Source of the DNA: Dimorphilus gyrociliatus
Taxonomy: Eukaryota > Animalia > Annelida
Direction: 5' to 3'
DNA: 64,000 nt
Assembly: GCA_904063045.1 (NCBI GenBank)
Contig: CAJFCJ010000002.1
Location: 806,001 to 870,000 of the forward strand
Part shown: positions 36,101 to 51,100 of the stretch, in pieces
Layout: each line of letters opens with the position of its first letter
Numbering within the stretch: the stretch's first letter is position 1
Position numbers and translations under genes: made by a program
The notes under the pieces: generated by a model
Told to the model about the DNA's origin: nothing
What the model saw: the letters and a program-made list of their open reading frames with translations, nothing else
The model's database searches: none

Positions 36101-39100
36101 GTAATTCACTAATATCTTCATTCACTGTGTATACATGGTCATGAAATTTTTCACTAATGTTCAATGTTTTGGCTATTTTTTCTGTGCGTTTATCATTTTC
36201 ATGTTTAGCTGTTTCATATTGGCCCCACAGATCATTCAACTTTTCTCGAACAACGGTAGCTTGAGGATTATTTGCTCTTTCTAGCTCTTCTGCTCGAGCT
36301 TCTAAGGATTTTAATAGATTTTTCTTCTCCTCCAGCTGTTCTTCTATTTCTTTGGCGGATTCTAGTTGATCTTTCAGAGAGTTTGGATTAGCTGCTATAG
36401 GTTCAGGTCTTTCAACCGTTTCTTCTATTGCTTTTGCTACAGTAGACCGAACTTTTTCTAGGTTTTCTGTCATTTCAATAGCTTTGGGGAGGGCTTCTTG
36501 TACCTGTCTTAATCTTTCGCGAACTCTTTCAGATGAGTTTCCATAACGATCTTTGTCTTGTCTTTGAATTTCACTAATAGAGTCAGATGCTGGCTCTTTA
36601 ACGGTTTGTTTTAATTGTTCGCCAATTTTTTCTATTTTATTAACTAGGGGTTTGTAATTATCCAATTCGACTTGTAAAAATTTTAAGCTGGATTCTTGGT
36701 CATGTAATCCATCAACTGTTGTTGTAGGAGACTCATCGGTTAACGATTTTGTTTCAAAAGTATCCAACCACATGTTTAGATCTTCGTGTACATCATTGAA
36801 AGTTACTGCTAATGGTAATGCTCTCTCTATTGATCTTAATCTCTCTCTACTAGCTATTTTTACTCTATCACTGGTCTCTTTAAGTTCACAGGCTTTCTCA
36901 TTAAGAGGATCATCTTCCTCCAAAGAATTTTCTCGCGATATTCTTTTACTGGCAGCTAAAACGTCTCTTGCTCGAGCTTCCTGACTCGTAACTTCTTCAT
37001 GTAGAATTTTTTGATCAACTAATAGTCTTTCCAATTCAAAAGGCTCAGCTGAGAGAGGTCCTGAAGTCTTCATTGAATCATGAGCGTTATTAAACCAGTC
37101 ACATAACTCATCCATTTTCGAAAGCATTTCTTGACTTTGGGCAGTTCTTAGAGCTAACTTTTCACCTTGCTTTTCTATTCGATCAGCAACGGCATCTAAT
37201 TTCTTACTATCGTTAACAACAATTTCATCAATTGGAGAAGAATCTGAGAGGACATCAGCAAGCTTTCTTCCATTTTCAGACAATTGATCGACTAGCATTT
37301 TACCTTTTTCCAATTGATTCTGTAACCGTTCTAAATGAGCTAATGCTTTTGGTCCTGAAATTTCTTCAGATGAAAGTTCTGGTTCTAGATTTGAAGATAC
37401 GAAATGAAGAATCTGCTCATGAGTTTCTTTGAAAAGTTCGGCTGCTGGTAAAGCTTCATCCAGCTTATTTATACGATTTTCAACTTTTTCCTCCAAATTT
37501 TTATAACGGTCTTTTATATTTGAAAGAGTTTCATTTAGTTTATTGGCCTCATCATCTGGAGCACACTGAATTAAATCAGAACCAAGAATGATAACGTTAT
37601 CAAGATCTTCCTTCTTGTGTCTTATGTCATCTCTCAAAATTTGATTGTCGTTTAAGAAAGCAATTAAAGCATTTGGTTGGGAGGAATTTGGACAAGATGT
37701 TAACGAGTCATTTTTTTCTGTGTTATCCAACCAGGTAAGGAGAGGTTCCAATTTGTCTCTAAATATTCTTGCAGCTTCTTCATTCTTATTCAGCTCCTCT
37801 TGACGATTTTCAGCAGTTTCTTTCATAGACTGCCAGCGATCGACAACTTTATCTACCATTTGCTTCCACTTTTCTGAATCAGAACCAGAGATTACCTCAT
37901 CAGCAGCATCTTTTGCCTTTCTGATTTCTTTTTCTCTTTCATCTAGCATATTTTGCAGAAATTTCTGTTCATGTTGTTGAACAGCTAAGACATTTATATC
38001 AACAGAAGGTGCTTGCTGATCAATAATTAATTTTTCAGCATCGGTAGCCCATTTTAAGAGAGGTTCGACTGCTTCTTTAACCTTTCCTCGCCTAGCAAGG
38101 TCGCTTGTTACTTGACATTCGCGTCTTACAATGTCTTCTATCACTCCGCTTAATTTTTGCTCGACTGATTCTATTTGATCTTGAAGACTTTCCAGGTCCA
38201 CTCCAGGAGAAGCAGATTTCTTCAAATCGATTCCGTCTTTACGAATTTCAGTCATCTTATTTTTAATTGGTTGAGTTTTATTTTGAAGAATCTATAAAAA
38301 AATTATAAATGAAAAAATAAATAAGAATATATTTCAAACTTAATACCCTCAATTCATTCTGCAGAGAAAGTAAAGATTCTTCATCATCAATATTTTTAGG
38401 GAGATCAGAAACGTAATCTACCAATTCCTCTATGTAAGTTTTCGCTTCCATCAAATCAGAATCAATAGTATTTAATTTTTCATTGACATCGTTTAAATTA
38501 CGCAAACGAGCATCAATCTTATCAGCCAATGAATTTCTTCTTTCTCGTATCTTCTTTATCTGTGAGAAGTAAATTAGAAAAATAATATTTCGGCAGATAT
38601 AGGTGAAACAACCTTTGAACGAAGAGGATCCGATTCAGACAAATATCCCTCTTCGCTTAAGTCATCGCTTGTTTGGAGGACATTCATAATTTCCGATTCA
38701 AGAGCATCAATTTTTTCTTGCAGTTCCTATAAATATTTTTTCACTTAAAAAAACTTGTAAAATTCAAAGAAAAAGTTTATTAACCTCTGTTGCATCTAAT
38801 TGGTCTCTAATATTATCCAAGTCCCTCGCAGGTGGAGGCATGGTCTGTAGGTTATCTTCTAGGTCCTTTAACTTTTCAGTAACATTATTTATTTCAGCCT
38901 GTAAAAAAATAAATTTTAAAAATTAAGGACTAGAAAATTCAGCATTAAGAAAACCTTAAGATCCTCAATTTTTTGGGAACCCTCTTGCATAATCAACAGT
39001 TGATTTTTAATTTTCTCCTCAATATTTTCTCTCATATCATTTAATTCTCTTAACTCCATTGAGTGTCTCTGATCTTTTGAATTTCCCATCATTTCTAAAT

Positions 39101-42100
39101 CGATAACTATTTCATCGATTGCTTGCAATTTTTCTTTTACAACTAAAGTATCATCAAGCAATGCTTCCAATCGGGATACTAGTTTCGAGTCCCTTGCTGC
39201 TAAACCTGGTTGACAAAGAGAATCATATCTGTCATTTATTTTTTCAATTCCTGATTTTGCGTCTCTTATTGCTTCATCAGTTTCGTGCAACTTTTGAACA
39301 ATATTTTCCAAGTGATCAATGCGATTGGCAATTGCTTTTTCAAGCGACGACCATCTTTCTTGTAGATTATTCACCTTCGATTGAATATCATCTGGTTGAT
39401 CGACATATTTAGTCAACTCTACTGCATTCATTTGCAGGTTGTCATGGTCTAATGACTTTCTGAACATTTCGTTTTGCCAGGATTGAACTTCTTTCTGTTT
39501 TGCACTGATCAATTCTTTTTCTAGGAGTATTGGATCAACTTTCTCTAGTTTTTTCTCCATCATGTCAAGCCAAGCTGTAAGCAATTCAAACGGTCTTTCA
39601 ATTTTCTCAGACAAACTAGCTGCATAATTTAATTTATTCTTTTTATCATGTAAGCTGGTTTTCAGAGCTTTAAGCTGTCTGTCTACTGCTTCTCTTGTCT
39701 CCCCCACTTCAGGGAAATCCTTAGAATTTGAACTACTCTCTAACAGCTTCTTCCCCTTCTCAATAGCTAATCTTATTTGAGGTTCTCTGTCACTTAAATC
39801 TCTAGACCAATTTTCCATTTGGAGGACATGGCCTTTCAAATCTTCACTATTGGATGAAGTTGGTTCTAAACTTATCATAGCATTATCCAATTCTTTTAGA
39901 TATTCATCATAATTATTTAATTCTTCTTTAAGTTTATTGGTTTCTACCGTTGCACCTTCTATGGCCTTTTCTTTTTCGTTTAGGAGTTTTTCGATGCTTT
40001 TTAAAGGCCTTTCAACGGCTGCTACTTTGGTTCTCAATTCAAATTTTGTACTTGGATCTTTGGCTCTTTCTAGAAGCTTGTCAACAATACTTCGAGTGTT
40101 TTCTAACAGCGGTCGTTGTTCATTTAATTCTCCTTTTAAAGTTGCTATTTCTTCTATAAGAATATTCGGTTGCATGGAAGCGGACGGCAGACATTCTAAT
40201 TTTTCATTGGCTCCTGTTGTCCATTCATCAAGTTTTTGGAGTTTCTCATACATCTGAGAACTAAGATCATTAGCATCTTGTAGTTGATTATATCTCTCTT
40301 GAAGACTGTCTTTAAGATTGTCCCACTTCATAACTATTCCATCAAGTTGTTTCGAAACATGCTTATTTTCATCTTCAGCATCAGCTTTATCTAAAATAGC
40401 AAATCCCTTCAATTTAATTTTGTCAATTTGTACTTCATAATCTGTCATTTCCCCTTGCAATAATTCAACTTGTTGAATTTGAGAATTCAGAATGACAGGA
40501 TCAAGAGTTACGGCACCTAAAGTTTGAGCCATTCTCTCCTTTTGATTAAGCCAATTACCTACAAGTTGACAAGAACTATCAAAATCTTTTAGTTCAATCA
40601 GTTCTCCTCTCAATTCTTCAAGGGAGTTCATTCTCTCTTTAGATTTGGATTTTAAATTTTGCCAGCGATCCTCTGAAAATATAATTATTAATTCTTGTTT
40701 TTATATTTCATATGACTTTCTCACCTAAGTCTTTCCACTGTTTCTTTACATCTCGCAGGCCAGGCACACGGTCACGATTTCCGATTAAGTCTTGGGCGCA
40801 ATTTCTAACCGAGTCCATTAATCCTTCCTTCTTTTCAAGTTCTTTCTGGAATTCTTCTAAAGATAACAATCCTGCAGTAACTTCCTGCTGCGTCTTTGGA
40901 TGAGAAGACAGAGAAGGTGCAGGATCTGAGTCCAACCATTCAATCAAGGCTTGAACATGCTCCAAAAATGAACGCATTTTAGCAATTGTTAAATGCAGAT
41001 CTCTTTCTCTTTCAGCCAGTCTATCTCCAATAACTTCGTATCTATCGTTCAAATCAATAAGTTCTTTTTCGATAGACGAGCTCTCTTCTAAAAATGGACA
41101 ATTATAAAACAGATAACAATATTAAAGAAAAGTAATTCATGGAGCTATTGCAGGTATAAAAGCCCTGAAAATTTGGAGAACCTTACCATCAATAGCTGAA
41201 TGAAGGTTATCATGAGAAGCATGTTTACTGCTGACACCACTAGATTCACTAGTAACAGGACTGACTAAGCCCCTACTTGGAGGTGATGGGGATTTTGTTG
41301 GAGAGCGAGATCGTAACCGGGAAGAAATAGGTCCTGTGGGCGTAAGCATAGCAAAGAAAAGAAAAAAGAAAGGTTTTAAAAGCTGGGTTTTAACCAAATC
41401 CTTGAATAATAAAATAACGACTTACGTTTTGGCTTAATAAGAGAGAGCGAGTCATCTCTTTCAGAAGAATCGTATGCAAGACCTGTTTCATAAAGTTTGT
41501 CCATTGTTTGTACAAAGTCTGTATGATCCTTCAAAAGTGGTTGAATTGCATCAACCTGCAATGTTAATTTATCCATATCTATTGCAACAGGTCCAAGAGA
41601 TTGAACCTTTTCCTCCATATCCTTCAACCACAATTCTGAAATATTTTTCAATTTCAGATATTCTACTTCTTTTTCTAATCTGGCTTTGACTGAGCGTTCC
41701 TTTTCAGTCAGGAGCTCACAGAAGGAGTGCCATGATCTTTCCAAAGACTGAAGCTTGCCTTTTACACAATGAGAATCTGCTGAATTCTTATCTGCTAGGA
41801 GCTCTTGTGCTAATCTTTTTATATGCTCCAAATTTTCTACTCTCTTTTCTTTTTCAATTATAATCTTATCTACAAATTCTTTGAAATTAGTTGGGTTTCT
41901 CTGACATTCTCTAGAAGTCAGCTGGTCGGTAGTCGGGGTGATCCAAGATTCTTGTTCTCTAATCGCTCCGTTAAGCCTATCAAGTTTTTCACTCGTTTTA
42001 AGAAGAGCTTTTTCCCTGTCTGTGGCTTTTTGTGCAATCGTATCGTATTTCTCGCATAATACAACAGCTCTGTCTGATGAACTATTTCTTTTAATTGAGT

Positions 42101-45100
42101 CAACAGCAGGCTGGTGAGCATTTACATCTGCTTTTAAGGCTTGGCATTCTTGTTTCTGAAGGGCCAAGCTTTCTTCGTTTAGGCTACAGCCTCTCATCAT
42201 AGAAAGGATTGTGTTTGTTTCCCTTATCCACAGAGCCAAGTCGTCTAAAGTTTGACTAACTTCTTGGGCAGCCACAAGAGTCGTTTGAATGTCGTGGGCA
42301 GTATTATTCACAAAATTCGTTAGTGCACAGTGGCGTGATTCTATATCTTTTACGCAATTTTCCACTGTTTTCAATGAATTGCGATCAGCATTCATGTCAG
42401 TTAGACTATCAGTTAACAGTTTTCCTGCCTTCTTTAAGTCGTCAACCTGTCTATTATGTGCCACTATCTCGGCATTCATACTTTTTATTCTTTCTAGTTT
42501 ATTATGAGCATCCCCACTCTCAGTACGAAAATTTTCTGCTCTTTCTTCTGCATTCTTCAGCCATGCAACAAGACTATCTGCATTATCGTAGAAATATTTT
42601 GAGCATTCTTTCGTAGTGCTTAGTTTATTAAATAGATTATCGTATTTTAATTTTAGTTCAATATAGCTCTCTTCCATATCCTTGTACTGTTGCTTTATTC
42701 CGTCGCATTCAAATACACTACTTTGCCGTTTCTTTAATTTTGTTGTCTTTTCAACAGCTACAATAAAATTTTCAGCCAACTTTTGAACTGACTTTGCTTC
42801 TTCAATAAATCTTTGTTGAGTCAAATCCATGTAACGAAGGTCTCCTTTCTTAGCTAAAACGTCTCCAGTACATTCTTTTAGGCGACGAAGTACGTTATCA
42901 AGCATAACTAGGTCTTGGCTATCTTTTTCTATTTCTGCTATTTTAACTGTAGCCTCATCCAACCAATTAGAAAATCGCAAAGATTCAGTGTTAAATTTTG
43001 AGAGCTCTTCTTTGGCAGAGGCAGCAGCTTTGAATCTATTCTCCGTTTCGCATTTTAGCTGCAAAAACATCTATTATTCAGAGTACATTTACACGAGTAA
43101 TACAAACTCTCTCAAACTTCTCCTTTACAATCGGCATTAAAGTTTCGAGCTCAAGGACTTGTTCATTGATAAGTTCATCACGATTACTATGCAGAAATTC
43201 ATCGCATTGATCTAAAAGATTCATGGCGATAGGAAAGTATGTATTGGTCTCATCTTTCAAAGCCTGGAAAGAAACAAATAACAAAAAAGAAGCATGTGTC
43301 ATAAAAATCAAACCTCTATAGAGGAAATTAACTCTTTAATATCTTGAACATTTTCAGTAATATTTTGAAATGTCAGAGATATCATAGCTTCTTCAGCATC
43401 CTTTGCTTTGTGTTTCAATTTTCTTAATTCATGAATCAGCCTATCGTATATCTCATCAGTCGAAACCTATAATAAAATTTAAATTTAAGCCAACAAAACA
43501 CAAGAAGCACAGCGATCATTCACTCAATATAAATTAGTAAAACACTCATACACCAAAATATTTAATATATCATAATCGTTGGTTATGAAGCATGTTAACG
43601 CTGTAGATCATCAATTCAAAAAAGCGCTGAAAAAGTCAAAAAGTAATATCAACATTTCAAGAAATATACGAAATGTCAAAGAAAGAAATTAACTTACCGT
43701 CAAGCTCAAAGCATTTGAATCTCAACTAATCACAGTTGGGATCAAGCAAAACTCAAACATTACGAAAATCAAATATTAGATGTTACAAAAAAGAATAAAA
43801 AGAGATTGAACAAAACATGAAACAAACCTTCGAAGAATGAAATATACTAAAAGGATCTTCGCTTGTATAACCAGCATGCATTGGTTCATTAGAAATAGAC
43901 CTATCATTTGACTTACTATCAATGTTGGAATTTTTGGGGTCTGCAGATTCAAGAAAAACAACATTCTCTTTGGGAGAAACCTCACGTAACACATTATCGG
44001 ATTTGACATTAACATTAAAACACTCAGATTGCTTCTTTAATGGATCATCTGGAAGACTGAAATTTTCATGGCTATTTTTAACCTTACTTTCAGTTCCATG
44101 CAATACAAGTGGTTTTATATCATCACAAACAATCACATTATTTTCAATAGCATCAGGTATCGAAACAACAATTCCCGTTGTTGGATCTAGAAATTTGTTA
44201 TTTTTTCCATCAATAATCCCTTTTTCTATTGCCTTGTATAAAGATATCAAGGACTCAGTTGTAGGATCTCGGACTAACGATTTTTTATTATCCAGAAGAC
44301 CGCAGTTTAATGCTTCATTCAAATTTAAAAACTTTCCAGTAGCATCATCGCGAAACATTCCAGTTACAGGGTCAATAAGACCTTTATCATATGCTTCATT
44401 AAGAGTTAATGGTCTTGATATTAAACCACTATTTATAGCTTCATTTAGACTTATCATTTCATTAGTATGCGGATCTTTCATTTTTCCACTATCACCATCA
44501 ATTAAACCTCTCTCAATCGCCTCCGTAAGTGAACAATTTTCGCCAGTCTTGTTATCAACTATCAGTGAAGCATTCGGATCTAAAATTCCTTTTTCAATTG
44601 CTTCTTTTAGTGAAAGCTTTTCTCCGGTTTGTGGATCGATGATTTTTCCTGATTCTTTATCATACAGATTGTTTTCAATTAACGAATCTAATGACATCAA
44701 GGGTTTAGTGTCCTTCTCTAAAAGTTTCTTCGAATTTATTGCTTCTAGTAACTCTTGAGGTGTTGTTATCAATTTTTCGCTTAATGCTTTATCCAATGGG
44801 ATGACTTCTCCCGTCATTGGGTGAACCATAGTGGATTTTGATGGGTCGATTAAACCACGTTTAATGGCTTCTTCTAATGTTAGTACTTCACCAGTATTTG
44901 GATCAATGACATTTGCAGTTTGTGGATTGAATAATCCTCTTTTAATGGCATCTTGAAGACTTAGCTTATCTATTCTTTCCAAAGGAGTAACAAGTCCAGT
45001 ATTGATGGCTTCAAAAATATCCATATTATCATCATTCAAGCCCTTAAATTTTCCAGTTTCACCATCAATAATACCAGCTTTTATAGCATCTTCTAAAGTC

Positions 45101-48100
45101 ATCATTTTACCGGAAGTGTTATCATTAATAGTTTGTTTTCCGTCAATTATTCCACGTTTAATAGCGTCAGATAATGATAAAAGTTCATTCGTGTTTGGAT
45201 CTTTTACAAGACCAGTATTTTTATCAAAAATACCTTTCTGTAGTGCTTCATTTAGAGAACAACCGCTGTCTTTCTTCTTAACGTCGACCGGATGATCTAT
45301 CCATTCCATTGTTTCAGTTAAAGGCGTCTTTCTATTGGTCAAATGATTAATAAGTTCTGCATTTTCAACAATTCCTAACTTAAAAGCTTTATCCAAAGGT
45401 AATAGTTCACCAGTACTGTGATCAGTGATTTTAGTAGTTGTTGGATCAATTAAACCACTTTCAATAGCTTCTTTGAGTGAATATTTTTCTCCAGTATTTG
45501 GGTCTGTTATTTCACCTGTTTTTTCATTTATCAGACCATTTTGTAGAATTTCATCGAGTGTTAACGGTCTATTTGCCGTATTAACAGTTATACCAGTCTT
45601 AATTGCTTCTTTTAACGGCACTTTCTTACCAGTTATTGGGTCACAAAACATGTTCATCTCACCATCAATTATACCTCTCTCAATTGCAGTTTTTAAAGGT
45701 ATAAGTGCGCCTGTAGACGGATCTCTGACCAGTGATTTTTCAGTATCAATAAGACCTGCCTTAATAGCATCATTCAAAGTCATCAACTTTCCTGTTCCCT
45801 CATCTCGATACATTCCAGTTGAAGGATCAAAAAGTCCCTTCTCATATGCATCTTTAAGAGTTAATGGTCTTGATATTAAACCACTATTTATAGCTTCATT
45901 TAGACTTATCATTTCATTAGTATGCGGATCTTTCATTTTTCCACTATCACCATCAATTAAACCTCTCTCAATCGCCTCCGTAAGTGAACAATTATCGCCA
46001 GTCTTGTTATCAACTATCAGTGAAGCGTTCGGATCTAAAATTCCTTTTTCAATTGCTTCTTTTAGTGAAAGCTTTTCTCCGGTTTGTGGATCGATGATTT
46101 TTCCTGATTCTTTATCATACAGATTGTTTTCAATTAACGAATCTAATGACATCAAGGGTTTAGTGTCCTTCTCTAAAAGTTTCTTCGAATTTATTGCTTC
46201 AATTAACTCTTGAGGTGTTGATATCAATTTTTCGCTTAATGCTTTATCCAAGGGGATGACTTCTCCCGTCATTGGGTGAACCATAGTGGATTTTGATGGG
46301 TCGATTAAACCACGTTTAATGGCTTCTTCTAATGTTAATACTTCACCAGTATTTGGATCAATGACATTTGCAGTTTGTGGATTGAATAATCCTCTTTTAA
46401 TGGCATCTTGAAGACTTAGATTACGTACTTTTTCTGATGGTCTAATAAGTCCGCTATTGATTGCTTCCAAAATATCTATATTATCATCATTCAAGCCCTT
46501 AAATTTTCCAGTTTCTCCATCGATAATACCAGCATTAATTGCATCTTCTAAAGTCATTTCTTTACCGGAAGTGTTATCAGTTATTGTTTGTGTTCCATCA
46601 ATTATTCCACATTTAATAGCGTCAGATAATGATAAAAGTTCATTCGTGTTCGGATCTTTTACAAGACCAGTATTTTTATCAAAAATTCCTTGCTCCAAGG
46701 CATCATTCAGCAAACAACCTTGATCTGACTTTTTAAGATCTTCAAACTGATCTTTGCATTTTATTGAATCAAATAGAGGAGTTTTAGTGTTTGTCAAAGG
46801 ATCTACAAATTCTCCATTAATAATAAGTCCCATATTTACAGCTTCATCCAATGATAAAACTTTGCCAGTTGTAGGATTTGTAATTGTACCAGTTGTCGGG
46901 TCAATTAAACCAATTGCTAAAGCTTCTCTAAGTGAAAGTTGTTTTCCAGTATTTGGGTCTATGATTTCACCTGTCTTATCATTTAAAAGACCTCTTTTGT
47001 TAATTTCATCCAGTGTTAACGGTCTATTTTCCGCATTAACAATCATACCGGTTTCAATTGCCTCTCTCAATGGGATTTTCTTACCAGTAATTGGATCACA
47101 AAACATGTTCATCTCACCATCAATTATACCTCTCTCAATTGCACTGTTTAAAGGTAAAAGAGCGCCAGTAGATGGATCTCTAACCAATGATTTTTCAGTA
47201 TCAATAAGACCTGCCTTAATAGCATCATTCAAAGTCATCAACTTTCCTGTTCCCTCATCTCGATACATTCCAGTTGAAGTGTCAAAAAGGCCCTTTTCAT
47301 ATGCATCTTTAAGAGTTAATGGTCTTGATATTAAACCACTATTTATAGCTTCATTTAAACCAATCATTTCATTAGTATGCGGATCTTTCATTTTGCCACT
47401 CCCACCATCAATCAAACCTCTCTCAATCGCCTCCGTAAGTGAACAATTATCGCCAGTCTTGTTATCAACTATCAGTGAAGCGTTCGGATCTAAAATTCCT
47501 TTTTCAATTGCTTCTTTTAGTGAAAGCTTTTCTCCGGTTTGTGGATCGATGATTTTTCCTGATTCTTTATCATACAGATTGTTTTCAATTAACGAATCTA
47601 ATGACATCAAGGGTTTAGTGTCCTTCTCTAAAAGTTTCTTCGAATTTATTGCTTCTAGTAACTCTTGAGGTGTTGATATCAATTTTTCGCTTAATGCTTT
47701 ATCCAATGGGATGACTTCTCCCGTCATTGGGTGAACCATAGTGGATTTTGATGGGTCGATTAAACCACGTTTAATGGCTTCTTCTAATGTTAGTACTTCA
47801 CCAGTATTTGGATCAATGACATTTGCAGTTTGTGGATTGAATAATCCTCTTTTAATGGCATCTTGAAGACTTAGATTACGTACTTTTTCTGAGGGCGTAA
47901 GAAGTCCGCTAGTGATCGCTTCCAAAATATCTATATTATCATCATTCATGCCCTTAAATTTTCCAGTTTCTCCATCAATAATACCAGCATTAATTGCATC
48001 TTCTAAAGTCATTTCTTTACCGGAAGTGTTATCACTTATTGTTTGTGTTCCATCAATTATTCCACATTTAATAGCGTCAGATAATGATAAAAGTTCATTC

Positions 48101-51100
48101 GTGTTTGGATCTTTTACAAGACCAGTATTTTTATCAAAAATTCCCTGATCCAATGCTTCATTTAGTGAACGACTCTCCTTTTTCTTTTCTATGAGTTTTG
48201 AAAAACCTTCGCCGTTTTCCATTATTTGTGCTATAGGCCTTGCCCTCTTGGTTATAGGGTCGATAATTTCTCCATTATCGATGAGACCTGTTCTTACCGC
48301 TTCATCGATTGATAACATTTCACCACTAACAGGATCATTAATTTTTATGGATGTTGCATTAATTAAACCAGTTTCTAAAGCTTCATTAAGTGAACATTTT
48401 TTCCCAGTATTTGGGTCTGTAATCTCTCCCGTAGCTTCATTTAGGAGACCTCTATCTTTGATTTCTTCAAATGTTAACGGCTTTGTTTCTGCTTTGACCA
48501 CCAGTCCGCTTTTAATTGCTTCTTTTAAGGGAACTTTTTCACCAGCTATTGGGTCACAAAACATGTTCATCTCACCATCAATTATACCTCTCTCAATTGC
48601 AGTTTTTAAAGGTATAAGTGCGCCAGTAGATGGATCTCTAACCAATGATTTTTCAGTATCAATAAGACCTGCCTTAATAGCATCATTCAAAGTCATCAAC
48701 TTTCCTGTTCCCTCATCTCGATACATTCCAGTTGAAGGATCAAAAAGTCCCTTCTCATATGCATCTTTAAGAGTTAATGGTCTTGATATTAAACCACTAT
48801 TTATAGCTTCATTTAGACTTATCATTTCATTAGTATGCGGATCTTTCATTTTTCCACTATCACCATCAATTAAACCTCTCTCAATCGCCTCCGTAAGTGA
48901 ACAATTTTCGCCAGTCTTGTTATCAACTATCAGTGAAGCATTCGGATCTAAAATTCCTTTTTCAATTGCTTCTTTTAGTGAAAGCTTTTCTCCGGTTTGT
49001 GGATCGATGATTTTTCCTGATTCTTTATCATACAGATTGTTTTCAATTAACGAATCTAATGACATCAAGGGTTTAGTGTCCTTCTCTAAAAGTTTCTTCG
49101 AATTTATTGCTTCAATTAACTCTTGAGGTGTTGTTATCAATTTTTCGCTTAATGCTTTATCCAATGGGATGACTTCTCCCTTCATTGGGTGAACCATAGT
49201 GGATTTTGAAGGATCGATTAAACCACGCTTAATGGCTTCTTCTAATGTTAGTACTTCACCAGTATTTGGATCAATGACATTTGCAGTTTGTGGATTGAAT
49301 AATCCTCTTTTAATGGCATCTTGAAGACTTAGATTACATACTTTTTCTGATGGTGTAATAAGTCCGCTGTTGATTGCTTCAAGAATATCTATATCGTCAT
49401 CAGTAATACTCTTTATTTTTCCAGTTTCCCCGTCAATTAAACCAGCATTAATTGCATCTTCTAAAGTCATCATTTTACCTGAAGTGTTATCAGTTATTGT
49501 TTGTGTTCCATCAATTATTCCACATTTAATAGCGTCAGATAATGATAAAAGTTCATTCGTGTTGGGATCTTTTACAAGACTGGTATTTTTATCAAAAATA
49601 CCTTTCTTTATGGCTTCATTTAGTGAACAAGAATTGTCTTTGTCCTTACTGCCCACAGTTTGGTCCTTTAATTTCATTACTTCAGATAAAAGCATCTTCT
49701 TGTTGGTCAAAGGATTCACAACTTCTACATTTTCGATAATTCCTAACTTTACAGCTTTATCCAAAGGTAACATTTCACCAGTGGCTGGATCAGCAACTGT
49801 AGCGGTTGTTGGATCAATTAAACCAATTTCAAAAGCTTCCTTAAGTGAATGTTTTTCACCGGTAAATGGATCTATGATTTCACCGGTCTCTTCGTTTAAG
49901 AGACCTTGCCCTATAATTTCATCAAGGTTTAGAGGTATATTTTCAGCATTAACTGAAATTCCACTATCAATTGCTTCAAGTAAAGGTATCTCTCTTCCAT
50001 TAACAGGATCATAAAACAAATTCTTATCACCATCTATTATACCTCTTTCTATTGCACGGTGTAAAGGTATAAGTGCGCCAGTAGATGGATCTCTGACCAA
50101 AGATTTTTCAGAATCTATAAGACCTGCCTTAATAGCATCATTCAAAGTCATCAACTTTCCTGTTCCCTCATCTCGATACATTCCAGTTGAAGGATCAAAA
50201 AGTCCCTTCTCATATGCATCTTTAAGAGTTAATGGTCTTGATATTAAACCACTATTTATAGCTTCATTTAGACTTATCATTTCATTAGTATGCGGATCTT
50301 TCATTTTTCCACTATCACCATCAATTAAACCTCTCTCAATCGCCTCCGTAAGTGAACAATTTTCGCCAGTCTTGTTATCAACTATCAGTGAAGCATTCGG
50401 ATCTAAAATTCCTTTTTCAATTGCTTCTTTTAGTGAAAGCTTTTCTCCGGTTTGTGGATCGATGATTTTTCCTGATTCTTTATCATACAGATTGTTTTCA
50501 ATTAACGAATCTAATGACATCAAGGGTTTAGTGTCCTTCTCTAAAAGTTTCTTCGAATTTATTGCTTCTAGTAACTCTTGAGGTGTTGTTATCAATTTTT
50601 CGCTTAATGCTTTATCCAATGGGATGACTTCTCCCGTCATTGGGTGAACCATAGTGGATTTTGATGGGTCGATTAAACCACGTTTAATGGCTTCTTCTAA
50701 TGTTAGTACTTCACCAGTATTTGGATCAATGACATTTGCAGTTTGTGGATTGAATAATCCTCTTTTAATGGCATCTTGAAGACTTAGCTTATCTATTCTT
50801 TCCAAAGGAGTAACAAGTCCAGTATTGATGGCTTCAAAAATATCCATATTATCATCATTCAAGCCCTTAAATTTTCCAGTTTCACCATCAATAATACCAG
50901 CTTTTATAGCATCTTCTAAAGTCATCATTTTACCGGAAGTGTTATCATTAATAGTTTGTTTTCCGTCAATTATTCCACGTTTAATAGCGTCAGATAATGA
51001 TAAAAGTTCATTCGTGTTTGGATCTTTTACAAGACCAGTATTTTTATCAAAAATACCTTTCTGTAGTGCTTCATTTAGAGAACAACCGCTGTCTTTCTTC

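Noticed and set aside
33190-42616. Plus-strand ORFs opposite the spectrin-repeat exons
   Set aside because: Antisense shadows of Glu/Lys/Leu-rich coding sequence with no independent coding signal.
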